Assembly (NCBI GenBank): GCA_025603075.1
Contig: MU626317.1
Span: 1-64,000 of the forward strand
Length of the DNA: 64,000 nt
Reading direction: 5' to 3'
Origin: Neoconidiobolus thromboides FSU 785
Taxonomy: Eukaryota > Fungi > Entomophthoromycota
Part shown: positions 1 to 12,257 of the stretch, piece after piece
Layout: the number at the start of each line of letters is the position of its first letter
Numbering within the stretch: position 1 is the stretch's first letter
Translations under genes and position numbers: made by a program
Notes under the pieces: model-generated
Seen by the model: the letters and a program-made list of their open reading frames with translations, nothing else
What the model was told of the DNA's origin: nothing
The model's database searches: none

Positions 1-105
1 ATAGGGATGTATTTTTGTGTTTAAGAATTTTACTAAGAATTTTTCCGCTTAAATAGGGCTTAAAAAATGGAGAAAATAATGAAATCAAAAAAAACACTCC
101 CATAT
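1..105 (+). mobile_element. MITE family A copy 1 (+ = orientation reading ATATGGGGATGTATTTTTGTG...AAAAAAACATCCCCATAT)
   Basis: Matches consensus ATAT-GGGGATGTATTTTTGTGTTTAAGAATTTTACTAACAATTTTTCCRCTCAAATAGCGCTTAAAAGATGGAAAAAGTAATGAAGCCAAAAAAAACATCCCC-ATAT; starts at the window edge. Confidence 0.85.
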
Positions 106-298
106 TTTATTTATATTATGAGTAAATGAGCAAAACCTTTCAAGTGTCTAAATACTAAATATGTCAATATTTAATAATACTTGAGGTTTCAGTATAATGT
201 ATAGGATTTTAGTGATAATACTAAGATTTTAGGTTACTTATAAGCTTTGTTTAAATAAGAAATATTTAACTCGATATTTTTAAAATACTTAAGTTATA

Positions 299-404
299 AA
301 ATGAGAATGTTTTTTTTGACTTCATCACTTTTTCTATCTTTTAAGCGCTATTTAGGCGGAAAAATTATTAGGAAAATCCTTAAATACAAAACACATCACC
401 AAAT
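299..404 (-). mobile_element. MITE family A copy 2 (diverged)
   Basis: Reverse-complement match: ttcatcactttttctatcttttaagcgctatttaggcggaaaaattattaggaaaatccttaaatacaaaacacatc. Confidence 0.8.
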
Positions 405-1230
405 AATTAATAGCTATGTTTTATAAAAAATAAGCATTTAAAGCATAACTGTACATATACCAGCAGTTTTCAAAATGTTTAGTTTATATCTGGTTTAGAT
501 AATAGATATTTTATAAGGCAACTTAAAATCATTTAAAGTGCTATTATTAGATATAATATAAATATATTTTTTATTAATAATTATATTTATGTAACCATAA
601 TTAATAAGGTTTGCTTTGGATATTTAAATTTAAAACACTTAATAGTAATGTAATTATACTTAATTATATTTGGCATAGTTTTAACCCTCATAAATTTTGA
701 ATTTTTTTAAAATAGGTAGAGTGTTGATAAGCAATAGCAAATTATTGAAAACATTATTATTATTTAAACTTTTATCAATGTAATTAATACAATTTTTTTT
801 AATTCAGTTTAATTCTTTAGGTTATGTAAACAAAATTCTTGATTTTTGATTTTTGATTATTTAAATAACATTATAAATATTATTATGTGGATTTACAAAA
901 AAATTAAGTATAAATTAACGATAAATAGTTTTTATATTATGAAATCTAGTACTCAGTGGTTGGATTCAAAAGGTCTTGGTTCATGTAACTAAGATAGGGT
1001 TGAGTTATGAAGGATAGATAGTATGCAATAGGCTACGGAGTATGTAAGACGAATAGAATAGACAATACTACTGTAAAATCCATGTAAAATACTACCAGAA
1101 AGATTTAGTGACTTTGTTAAAGGTACAATATACAATATCAGGAAATAATTCAACTAAAAAGCCTGGAGTTATCATGTTGAAGAATCTCCTTTATACTTCA
1201 ATAAGTATGAGTATTAAAGTGGGGAGGTAG

Positions 1231-1359
1231 TGTCTTTCAGAATTGTATGACAAGAATTTTCATAGAAAGCCAAAATAAAAGCTCGGGATTGATTGTGCCT
1301 GAATTCGAGAACACAACAATTAAGTCCTTGTTATGTTATAATCAATTATAGAGCTGACA
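1231..1359 (+). mobile_element. Possible short LTR remnant preceded by a polypurine tract
   Basis: AAAGTGGGGAGGTAG (1216-1230) directly followed by TGTC...TGACA containing AATAAA. No pol ORF is recognisable upstream. Confidence 0.3.
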
Positions 1360-1461
1360 AAGTGATATTTCATATGCATAAAATATTAAAACATCAGTAT
1401 AATTTTTAGTGTTTTTTATAAAATTTTTATATTTGCTTTTATTATTTAACTTTAAAAAAAG

Positions 1462-1568
1462 TATAGGGGGACGTATTTTTGTGTTTAAGAATTTTACTAA
1501 GAATTTTTCCGCTCAAATGTGGTTAAAAGATAGAAAAAATAATGAAGCCAAAAAAAACATCCCCATAG
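1462..1568 (+). mobile_element. MITE family A copy 3
   Basis: Consensus match with termini GGGGGACGTATTTTT / AAAAAAACATCCCC. Confidence 0.85.
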
Positions 1569-2065
1569 CTTTCTTGGCCTTTACTTTAATTTCATAAAAC
1601 CAGTATGTAAAACGAACTTAATAATATTATTAGATTTATAAATAGTATATAAATAGTTTATAATATTTAATATGCTAAAATAAAGAGCTGAAATAGCAGT
1701 TCTTCCCTCTGGAGTTATAAATATAAAAATTTAATTAACTAGAATTTAGAACTATTTTAGATTTAAAAAAAATCAATTTTTTTAACAAATTAAGAGTATT
1801 AAAGAAACTTTTTCCTAATTAATAATGATAATAATTTGTTTTTTTAAATTACTAAAAAATCTACTTATTATAAGTAGTCAGGTTTTATTTTAATATACAT
1901 ATTTTATCCTTATTATCAAAAATAAGAATAAAAATAACCTGATATAAAGTAAATAATTGTTGAAGTTTTCATATATTTTATAACTGATGGGATTATTAAG
2001 CTTTTATTTGAATTTAATAAACTGATTAAAAATGATTTTTTAAAATAATAGTTATTAAAATAAAA

Positions 2066-2170
2066 ATATAAGGATATTTTTTTTGGGTTCATCACTTTTT
2101 CCATTTTTTAAGTACTATTTGAGTGGAAAAAATTAATCAAAATTTTAAACTTAAAGGTATATCCTTTTAT
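2066..2170 (-). mobile_element. MITE family A copy 4 (diverged)
   Basis: Reverse-complement match: ttcatcactttttccattttttaagtactatttgagtggaaaaaattaatcaaaattttaaac. Confidence 0.75.
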
Positions 2171-2327
2171 ATGGTAATTTATATTAAAATCAATCAAATT
2201 GTTATTACTACTGTTTTAGTATTGTTCAAAAGCAAAAACATTACTATCAAAAGCATATATAGGAGTAGCATTAAAATGTATATTTTTTATAATAAACTTT
2301 GGCATTTCAGCTTGATTTAAAGTTTTA

Positions 2328-2429
2328 ATATGGGGATGTATTTTTTTAAGAATTTTACTAACAATATTTTTGCTCAAATAGCGCTTAAAAAATAAAAGAA
2401 GTGATGAAACCAAAAAAATCACACTATAT
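2328..2429 (+). mobile_element. MITE family A copy 5
   Basis: atatggggatgtatttttttaagaattttactaacaatatttttgctcaaatagcgcttaaaa... Confidence 0.85.
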
Positions 2430-2634
2430 CTAATTTAATTAAATAACAAGGTTTTTATTATTATTATCACTTATATTATATTTAAAATTAGCCAGTTATT
2501 AATAAATAATGTTTAAGCAGGTGTCAAATGTTTTTAAGATAAAGAACAAAGATATTGTTTTTTACAAAAAATAAGTAATAGCGTTAAAATGTATTTTTAT
2601 TTCTAGTTATATTTTTCATTTTTTGTATATATTA

Positions 2635-2734
2635 ATATAAAGGTATTTTTTTAATTTCATACTTCTTCCATTTTTTAAACACTATTTAAATGGAAAGGTT
2701 ATCAGTAGAATTCTTAAAAAATACCTCCCTATAC
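2635..2734 (-). mobile_element. MITE family A copy 6 (diverged)
   Basis: Reverse-complement match: cttccattttttaaacactatttaaatggaaaggttatcagtagaattcttaaaaaatacctccctat. Confidence 0.75.
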
Positions 2735-3001
2735 AATAATAACAAAATAATACTAATTTTATATTTTATTATAATTTTTGATATTATTTATAAATAAATC
2801 CATATCATTTTAGAAAATAAACAATATTTTATTAAAGTTATCATAGTAGTAGTAGTCACGAATAAACAGGTCGTGTTCTTAATTTACTATTAAGTTTGAG
2901 TGGCTTAAACTGACAAATCAAAATAACTCCTAAATTATTAAAAATGCCCCATAAAATTAATAAGGTTTGCTTTTCTTCTAAAAAATAGCAGTAATAGTTA
3001 A

Positions 3002-6000
3002 ATGCCAGAAACTGAAAAAACGCCTTTGGTTTCCAAGGCAGCCATAAGAAAGTATCGAAGTATCCAATCATCTTCTCGAAATAAACAGAAGGGAAGCTTG
3101 ATGCGAAGTAGGACCACTACTGTCAACAAAATTCAATATCGCAAACCAAAGACTTTTAACTCTTTTGATGATGATTCTTCCAGTACAAAATCAGTACCAA
3201 TTAAAGAGAGTACCATCAGGGAGTTAGCGTATGAGAGCTGGAAAGAATCTGCTCATAAAGTTTTTGAAAACTGGGAAGATATGGGACAGAAACCTACTTT
3301 GCGTCAGCGACTTGCTTTTTATTTGGATACTTCTAATGTTGGAAGATACTGGGATCTCTTAGATTTTACTATTGGATTTCTATTTGCTTCTATTTATATT
3401 TGGGTAATTAAGTTCGTTTTTATTCCACTTTATTCTAACATCCTGTAGAATACTCAATATGCTAACCTAGATGGCAAAGATCAAAAAATTCTACCTTTGC
3501 CTCATTTTACTGGATTATTTCTTGGATTATTATTATTGCTTCAATGGTTACCCAGGCTTTATGTTTCTTCAGACATCCTTGAAGAACTTACGAAGCCTTT
3601 TTCTCTACTTACTCTGATTTCAACCATTCCACCAATTGCCATTTTAGCTTGTGATTATTTTATTACTAGCATTAACTTAACAAAGACCTATATGCTTAGT
3701 GGAGGTTTTGTAAGTATTTAATATTATATTATCATTCTTTTTATAGCTTGTTTTAGGCCTACCTATACCCATTTCGTTTCATGAGGCTTCATTATTCTCT
3801 CGTTAAACTCCTTATTCCAGTTAAAAATTCATTTTTTAACTTATCCATGCTGGCTAAAAAAACCATACAGCTTTGTAATCTAATTCTTATTAATTAATTA
3901 AAATTAACTTTTTTAGGCTCAACCATCTTGGCTACCATTTTATTCACTACGTCTATTATCCATATTACAACGATTAAAGAATTGAAGCCAGAAGATGTAA
4001 CTTCACCTTCAGATATACCAACTTTTTTTGACGTCTTCTTTTTCACAGCAGGTAAATAATTAACAAATAAGTATTGTATATTTATTTGACTATTGAAAAA
4101 GTTAGTAGTACTTCTGGTTTTAGCTCAAAAATAGCAGCAAAGAACGTGATAACTAGACTTGTTATTCTTTATATAATGGTAGCTGGAGCTTTATTCTTAC
4201 CTGGTAAGATCAGTGAGCTCTTATCCATTTTGAATAAGCGCTCAGTTTATGATAAGCCTTTTGAAGCTGAGTCAAATGAACAACATATCCTTGTTGTTGG
4301 TGATTTTGATTTTAACTCTTTATTTGAATTTTTGAGAGAATTTTTCTGTGAAGATCATGGTCTCCAAACTATGAATTCTACTATAGTTATTCTTAATCCT
4401 AAAGAGCCATCCGAAGAAATAATCGGAATTCTTAATGATCCAGCATATCACTCTCGTGTTCAATATGTAAAAGGAACACCAACTTCATTCCGTAGTTTAA
4501 CCAAAGCACAAGCCTCTAGAGCTAAAGCATGTTTTGTTCTTACTGATAAATTTTCCAAAAGCGATGATCATGACTCTGATGCAATTTCGGTAATGTTGGC
4601 TTTGGCAATTAAAAGGTTTAATAAGAATATCAAGCTTTATGCACAAGTTAGTCTTCCAGAAAATAAGCCTCATTTCAATCAATTAGCTCGTCAAGTAATT
4701 TGCGTCCAAGAGCTACGCTTTGGTATGACTGCACAGAATTTATTGAATCCTGGATTTTCTACTCTTTTATATTTACTTTCCACTTCATTAACTGAAACTA
4801 CTTGTACCGAGCTCTCCTTATCTTTGAAACTTAAGCCCGAGCTTAGTTGGTTAAAAGAGTATATTGATGGAGCTTCTCATGAAATTTATTCAATCAATTT
4901 TGCTGAATGTTTTGTTGGAATGAAGTTTATCGATGTTGCCGAAATGATTTATCGCTATTTTGGAATTACTCTATTTGCTATTGGCCTCTCTGGTCAAAAG
5001 TCTAGCAGTACTTACAAACGTAAAATTTATCTAAATCCTCATTCCTATAAAATTGTTGGTACTGAAACTGGGTTCATCATGTCATCATCTGCTTATGATG
5101 CCAATCGAATTTCTAAACTAGGTGAAAAGGGAGCCCCATTCGATGAACATTCTTGCCTCTACTCTGAAGACATCAATTATTATTTCGAGGATGGTAAGAG
5201 CACTACCAAATCTACTCCAAAATCTACTCCAAAATCTACTCCAAAATCTGCTGAAATTGCTCCTGAAGCTGTAAAATCTGATAGTCCTATACAAACTCCA
5301 ATCCCATTAGAAAGAACTGAAACTAAAGCGTCAGCTACCGAATCTATGGATAAAGTTAAAAAGAACTTAGTGCTTGACTCTGGTGATAATTCTGAGGACG
5401 AAACTAAAAAGGAAGCACCTAGCAATATTGCAGATCCTTTCTTTAATCTTGGCACTCCATTTGATAACGATATTAGCTCAGAAATTACAGAAGTGGGTAA
5501 TCTTTCAGTTCAGGAAAGAAACATTGCTCAAGTTGTTTCTGAAATGATGAAAGAAAACAGCTATTTTGATGACCTTGGTGCAATTAATCATCTTTCTGGC
5601 CATGTAGTAGTTTGTGATAACTCTGATGTTTTCCCTAAATCTATGGATTATTTTGTAGGCACCCTTCGTGGACCTCATTTAAGTCAACAAATACCAATTG
5701 TTATTCTATCTAAAGCCGCACCAAACCCTCGTCAACGTTATGTGTTAGAGCAATTTGGAGACGTATATTTTATTCAAGGCTCTGCTCTTTCTCGTAAGAT
5801 CCTTTTTTCAGCTGGGATATCCCGTGCCAAGAAAGCTGTTGTACTTTGTGATGATAAAGCCTCAGCTACCTCAAATCCTCGTACTGCCGATGCCTCTTCA
5901 TTGTTGATTGTTTTAAACATAGAATCCATGGCTTTAGATCCTGATTTTTTCGTAGTTGTTGAATTCATTCATAGAGAGAACATGAAATTTGTTGGTGCTG

Positions 6001-6518
6001 GAGAAACTATTCCAGCTTCTGAAACTTATGCACAGGCTTTATTAAGGCCTTCCTTTATGGCTGGTCATGTCAATTCACCTTGTATGATGGAACCGGTTAT
6101 CTGTCAAACTTACTATGACGACTTTATTATTGATGTCCTTGATCGTTTAATTTTTGATCCCTATCTTGATTCATGGCGTAAAGTACAAGATGATTCCGTA
6201 GCTACACCATCCGTAAATGGCAAAATGGAAGATATTCCTATTACCCATGTTTTCACTTTAGAGTTACCTGAAATCTTTATTGGTAAGTTTAGTAAATAAT
6301 TATTTTACTATTTTTAATTAATTCATTTAGGTCGCCCTTATTACCATTTAGTTTCTTGGTTAATGAAGTTTAAGAATTGCGTGCCATTAGGCTTATACCG
6401 TACACGTATCCATCGTAACCGTCAAATCTCTTATGCTATTCCTAATCCTTCATCTCAACTTATTCTTATGGAGAAAGATAAGATCTATATCATTGCAGAA
6501 CAAAAACCAACCATTTAA
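3002..6518 (+). CDS. Slo/BK-type (Ca2+-activated K+ channel family) protein with degenerate pore filter; multi-exon
   Basis: TM segments in small exons (introns 3404-3448, 3710-3756, ~3865-3916, 4052-4101, ~6283-6329). S4-like PFRFMRL; RCK1 (HILVVG...VILNP...YVKGTP...A.ACFVL), BK_channel_a-like segment (VICVQELRFGMTAQNLLNPGFSTLL) and RCK2 (GHVVVC...QGSAL). Stop TAA at 6516-6518. Confidence 0.85.
5208..5249 (+). repeat. 12-bp coding tandem repeat AAATCTACTCCA x3.5 (KSTP)n
   Basis: Directly visible; lies in the RCK1-RCK2 linker. Confidence 0.95.
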
Positions 6519-7004
6519 CGATAGTTCAAGGATTGTTTTTATTTTGAAATGCTAATTCCATTGAAACTATGTTATTATTTGGGTTTTATTCACCTAATTA
6601 AATGTTATCTCAGTATTAATTTCTTATTCAAATTTGTTTTTAATTTTGGTTATACTTTTCAGCTTAATACTAATATTATAGCTAAATGTAATTGTGATAG
6701 AAAATATTACAAATTTGACTAAATAGTTAAATTTTTAGCTACGTATAAAATAGATTACATTAAAAACAAGTTCCTTCCAGCTAAAATCATATTATAAAAA
6801 TTACTGTAGTACGCTTATTACAGTAGCTCATGTACAAGTTTGATTTTCACTGCTTTGAGTCCATCATAGTACTCATAAATAGCTTTTGATGTCATAAATA
6901 AAGAATCCTTTATATAAAAAATCAATATACGCTTCAATAATTTTTTACTTTTTATAATTAATTTAACTAAAAATAAAATGCTAGAAATTAATAGAACCAA
7001 AGAG

Positions 7005-7775
7005 TTAAAGGTGCCATTTCATAGCCATAGTGCTGATAACTGAGTTTAAAATCGCCGGGTCTTCATTTTCAATTTCACTTAACGAAGCTAAATTATAAAC
7101 CTAAAGCTATAAATAACTTGCTTATAATAGTAACTTATCCAATACCTTTCTTAAAACTTTATAATCCGTTAACTTTTTAATCTCTATATCTATGTCTTCG
7201 TTTTGAATAGGGGTACTTTGAAAAACTGGACTTAACATCTTTTCCATCTTTTGGTTGTTAATTAATTATTTGAAATAATTATTAAATTTACCTGTTTTAA
7301 ACTTAATTGATCCCTATCTTTGTTGTTAACTTTGATGACTATTATAGGGCGCGGGTTATCATTTAATCCAAAGAACTGAAAGCCTTCGTTTATCTATTTT
7401 ATTTGTTTATAAAACGCTAACAAAACTTAATTTAAAAGTACCTTTGTAGTAGGATTTAAACAATAAATAATTTCACTCTCAATGCTTCTAGTTTTCATTT
7501 TTTTAAAACTACAATTTCTTAACGCTCTACAGACAGCAGCTTTTAAATGAAATAAGTTGATTATCTTTCAACACTAGTTAGTATCACTTTTTATTGCTAT
7601 ATATTAACTCATTAGATAATCAAAAACATACCATATCCGCTCTCACTAAAACAAATGCAACCTCATTTTCCAATACCTTAGGTAATATCTCTTTTTTTCC
7701 TAAAGTTACATGGTCATAAAGTAGCACATTAACCACTTTATTTTCTCCATTGATATCGAAATTTAAACTTAACAT
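7005..7775 (-). CDS. CGI121: KEOPS complex subunit Cgi121/TPRKB; multi-exon
   Basis: Spliced translation MLSLNFDINGENKVVNVLLYD...HLKAAVCRAL...MKTRSIESEIIYCLNPT...FFGLND...STMAMK fits the Cgi121 motif KTRxLxSEIIxxLxP. Confidence 0.75.
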
Positions 7776-7986
7776 TTTAAAATAAGCTCTTTGTTTTAAA
7801 GGCAATGAAAAAAATAAAAATAGAAACTAGCTAATAAAATATTTCACTTTGACTTTATTAATTTCATCATTATCAAAAATCAAAAACCAAAAATCAAATT
7901 AAATCAAATTCCTATATTTTGCTTAAGCTTTATGCTATGATAAACTATAATTTTATTATGTTATCAGTAAGTTCTATTTTTTACTT

Positions 7987-9146
7987 CTATTTTTTAGTAA
8001 TAAGTTCACTATCAAACACTTCTCCTTCCATTGGGATCTCTTTTTTCAAAGTAGCAAGCTTAGAATCCTTATGAATATCCAACCACATAATTGACATATC
8101 ATTAAAAGCATTGGGCTCTTCTTTCAACTCACTAAAAAGGTCACAGCAAAGTAGATTCTCTTGATTAAGGTAATCTAAGTTAAGAGCAATAAGTCAAATA
8201 AATAAAATCACATTATCAAAAAAAGGATATAGTTAATATAGCAGGCGCTACTTTTTTAAGTTTGGTTTGAGGATGACTGTAATGATTAGAGCGTAGTTTA
8301 ATTTATTTATTTGAGCTTACTTCAGGTAATAATTTGTAAGGTCATTGCCAATAATATACACTTTTTTTAAAAGGTTTATTTCCCAGTTTGAGGATAATAC
8401 ATTCTCATATAATAACATAGGACAGTGTGGCATATAAAATAGAGTTCCTTCTTTTACCGCACGTTTTCCTTCCTTTATTTGTTAATTCAGTTTGCTCTAT
8501 TTAGGGACTAATTACCTCATTTTTTTCTAAAATTTGAAATCCATAATCATTTAGGATTGTTTCTTCATCTTCAGTAAGGGGCAAAGGGTCATAATATTGT
8601 ATACTGTTTACTACCTAAAAATTGAATTATTTTGTATTTAAGGTAGAGGTCTTAATACTTTAAACTCTTGTTTAATGCTCAATAAAAAAGCTAGCTGCCA
8701 ACGTGATAAGCTTGATTCTATTATTGAGCCAAGTCCATAGCAAATTATATCCAGTTTTAATAAATGTTCCTTTTTTATAACTTTAGATACTTTCTCTATT
8801 TTAAAACCATGAGTATTGTTGATTCTTTTGTTTAAATGTAATTATGTACCCTTACAATCTAACATAAAACTATTGTTTTCTCCTGTAATTAAATTTATCC
8901 TATTTAATATAATTAGTTATAACGCTTTGATTCTATTAAATCCAAATACTACCTTTTTTCTTCAATATCTTCTTTTAGCCAAACTACATCCCTAGGTTTA
9001 TTAATATCAGCTTTATTCTTTCTTATATTTACAATAAAACCTCCATTATCTTCTAGTGTATCTTCCTCTACTACTTGTTCCTTTTTCTTATTCTTTCGAT
9101 TCTTCTTATTTTCAATAAATTTATATCTAAATCCTTTAGTTTCCAT
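7987..9146 (-). CDS. SRR1: SRR1-domain protein (SRRD/Ber1-like); multi-exon
   Basis: Motifs ICYGLGS...SRWQLAFLL, YYDPL, TLFYMPHC..LYENVL..NW, IIGND and AFNDMSIMW read across exons. Confidence 0.8.
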
Positions 9147-9275
9147 GATTGTTGTAAATTATTGATAATAGTGAAACAACTTCTATTTAAAAAAACTAAT
9201 GGCTTTAAAAAGTCAATTTTTGTTCTTTAAATTTCAATAATTTAAAAACAGTTTATTTTTGAACAATTCTTTTTA

Positions 9276-10967
9276 ATGGCAAGCATATACACATTAGAAC
9301 CACCAACAAGGTAATCTTAGATATAACTGATAAAATAAAATGACTCAGCTTTTAAAGTGGTAAAGTAATCTTGATAACTTCTGTTGGGGATATTGAAGTA
9401 GAATTATGGTGTAAAGAGTGTCCATTGGCGTGTCGAAACTTTATACAATTATGTTTAGAAGGTTATTATGACAACACCATATTTCATAGAGTAGTACCAG
9501 GCTTTATTGTCCAAGGCGGAGACCCTTCAGGCTCTGGGAATGGTAGGCTCACTTTAATTATAACTAGTAAAGTAGAAATTAATATTTAGGTGGTATGTCA
9601 ATCTATGGAGAAGCATTTAAAGATGAGTTTCATTCAAGATTGAAGTTTAATCGAAGAGGTTTATTGGCAATGGCAAATACTGGAGAAAAAAATGATAACA
9701 ATTCCCAATTCTTTTTCACATTGGATAAAACACCAGAGTTACAATTAAAAAATACATTGTTTGGAAAGGTAAATTTAGATCAAATATTTTAGTCGAATTT
9801 GATTAATATATAATTAGATAGAAGGCACAACTCTTTATAACATGCTAAAAATAGGGGAAGGGGAAGTAGAGGGACCTGATAGTGATCAACCAGTTTATCC
9901 AGTTAAATTGATTTCAACCAAAGTTATTTTGAATCCATATGATGATTTAGTATTAAGGGATATATATAAAGAAGAGGCAAAAAGTGAGGCAAAAACAAAG
10001 AAGATAACAAAAAAAAAAAAGAGGTAAAACTAATTGATAATCTATTGAAAGTACTTACCTTTAATTATTATAGAAATATTAATCTTCTATCTTTTTCAGA
10101 AGATGTTGAGGAAATTCAAGGAGTAAGTGGCGGAATGAAATCTTCTCATGAGTTACTAACAAATGATCCAACATTATCAAAAGAAAAAGTCAAATCTGAA
10201 AAAGAAAGCCCGCGTATAACAAAGCAACCAAGAAGTGAAGCAGCTAAAGAAGGTAAAGATACATTAATTAACTAATAGTAATGATATTTATTTGTTAATC
10301 AAATAGCTGAAGTAAAGGAGAAGGAAACAGAAAATAAGGAAGTAAAGCGCAGAAGTAAAATCGAACAAAGGAAAGAGGAAACACAACTACAAATTGAAAA
10401 ATTAGAAAGGGATATCAAAGAGTTGAATAATTCAAAGAGGAAAGAAGATATTAAAGAGGATAAGAAAAAAGAAATAAGTGGAAAAGAAACACTTAAGCAA
10501 ACTATTGAAATGTATAAGAAAAAAAACCAAATCAAATTAAAAGATAAGAAAAAGAATTCTGAATTTGTAAGAATTAATAAGAACTTTATTTTATAACTAA
10601 ATTAATTAAATCACTTTAGGTATTTGATAAATTATTACAATTTCAAAGTAAGTTAAATGATATCCAACCAATAAAGGAAGATAAAGTTAAAGGAGAAGAA
10701 GAGGAACAATTGTGTAGATTACATTCATTAGTTAATTGTGAATCATGTGAGGCCTTTGATAAAACATTTGAAAAAGGAATGCAAAAAGAAAAGACGATGA
10801 ATGAATCTGGATGGTTAGCTCATAAATTAAGTTTTCCAATAGAGAAGAAAGTAGGCGGGGATAAATTTGACGATTATGAAGTCATTGATCCAAAGTTATT
10901 AGCTGCTGGGCCTATTGATAAGGAATTGGAACGCAAAAAAAACTATGATAAAAAAGCAAAATATTAA
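9276..10967 (+). CDS. CWC27: Spliceosomal cyclophilin Cwc27; multi-exon
   Basis: MASIYTLEPPT; ELWCKECPLACRNFIQLCLEGYYD; FHRVVPGFIVQGGDP; KDEFHSRLKFNRRGLLAMAN; charged C-terminus with WLAHKLSF and DDYEVIDP. Confidence 0.92.
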
Positions 10968-11192
10968 ATTAATACAAAATTGGTATATAATTACTTTTAA
11001 TTATTTATTTAAATTATGATAAAACACTATCTTTTTAAATGATGTTTTTTACTAAGACTAATAACGAGAGAATGTAATGTAATATAATATCAGGTTATGT
11101 TTTTTTATATTAAAAAAACATGTCAGTTTTAATCTTGATTATATTGTTAATATATTTAATTATTATAATCTTAGTTTATAGGTAAATTATAT

Positions 11193-11298
11193 GTATGGGG
11201 ATGTTTTTTTTAGTTTAATTACTTTTTCCATCTTTTAAGCACTATTTGAGTGAAAAGATTATCAGTAAAATTCTTAAACAAAAAATACATCCCCATAT
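11193..11298 (-). mobile_element. MITE family A copy 7
   Basis: tatggggatgttttttttag...aaaaaatacatccccatat; both TIRs intact. Confidence 0.9.
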
Positions 11299-11439
11299 CA
11301 AGTAGTAAAAAAATTTATTGTAACTTAAATTTGATCTTAATAGCGCTTCACTGCGTTTTTTTCATATTTAACATTGTTATAACTTAATTACACATTACAC
11401 ATTATACTAGTTTAATGTGTTTAGTTTTTTTATAAACTG

Positions 11440-11480
11440 TAAAAGTAAAACAAAATAAAGTAAAATAAAATAAAATAAAA
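11440..11480 (+). repeat. (TAAAA)n pentanucleotide microsatellite
   Basis: taaaagtaaaacaaaataaagtaaaataaaataaaataaaa. Confidence 0.7.
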
Positions 11481-12257
11481 CTTTAATATGACTTACTATG
11501 AGCATGAAACCTAAAGGGCTGTATTACCTGAAGCATTTTTTTAAATTTTAAATAAAATTTATCAAAATATTAAAAATTAAGGTAAATATTTTTGTAAAGT
11601 AAAAATAAAATTGAATATTAGAAATTGAATAAACTAAAACAAAACCAAATGGTATATAAAATTAATATTAAGTTTTATACTGTAATTAAAATGACAATAA
11701 AATATTAATTTCTACAATTTTTGTATTTTTATATTTTAAATTGACCACACGTTTGCCGTAAGCTTTTAAAACTATTTTACGACTTTTGATTTAGATAACA
11801 GATTATCTTATTTTTAGAACATCTTACAATTTTAATATTAAAAACCGGTATTTTTAAGTTAAATAGGTACTTGGTTTAATCTTCAAATAAATCAGAAAGT
11901 ATTTATATTACTATTATAACTATATTGTTAATTTCATAACATAATATAATATAACTAATTTAATATTAATTTAAAATATTATTTAAACTCAATTTATTTA
12001 AAATGTAAAAGAATAAAAAATAACATCATCAAAAAGAATAATTTATACTTAACAAATAGAAATCTTTGATTAGATTGAAATTTTAATTTGTTTTAGATCG
12101 TTTGATAGAATCAATCTCTCGATCTGGGTGGATTTAACTTAAAAAGTAATACAATCACAACTTGAATTTAATTTAGACGTAATCAAAAACATTACATTTA
12201 AAACTATTTACTTTTTAATCTTTTTATAACTTTTATCAGTTTGATATTATTTAAATC

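Noticed and set aside
1409-2422. Short ORFs 1409-1597, 1916-2104, 2123-2320, 2216-2422 (likewise 44912-45166, 45029-45370, 46886-47068)
   Set aside because: They read through MITE copies and AT-rich DNA and show no protein motifs.
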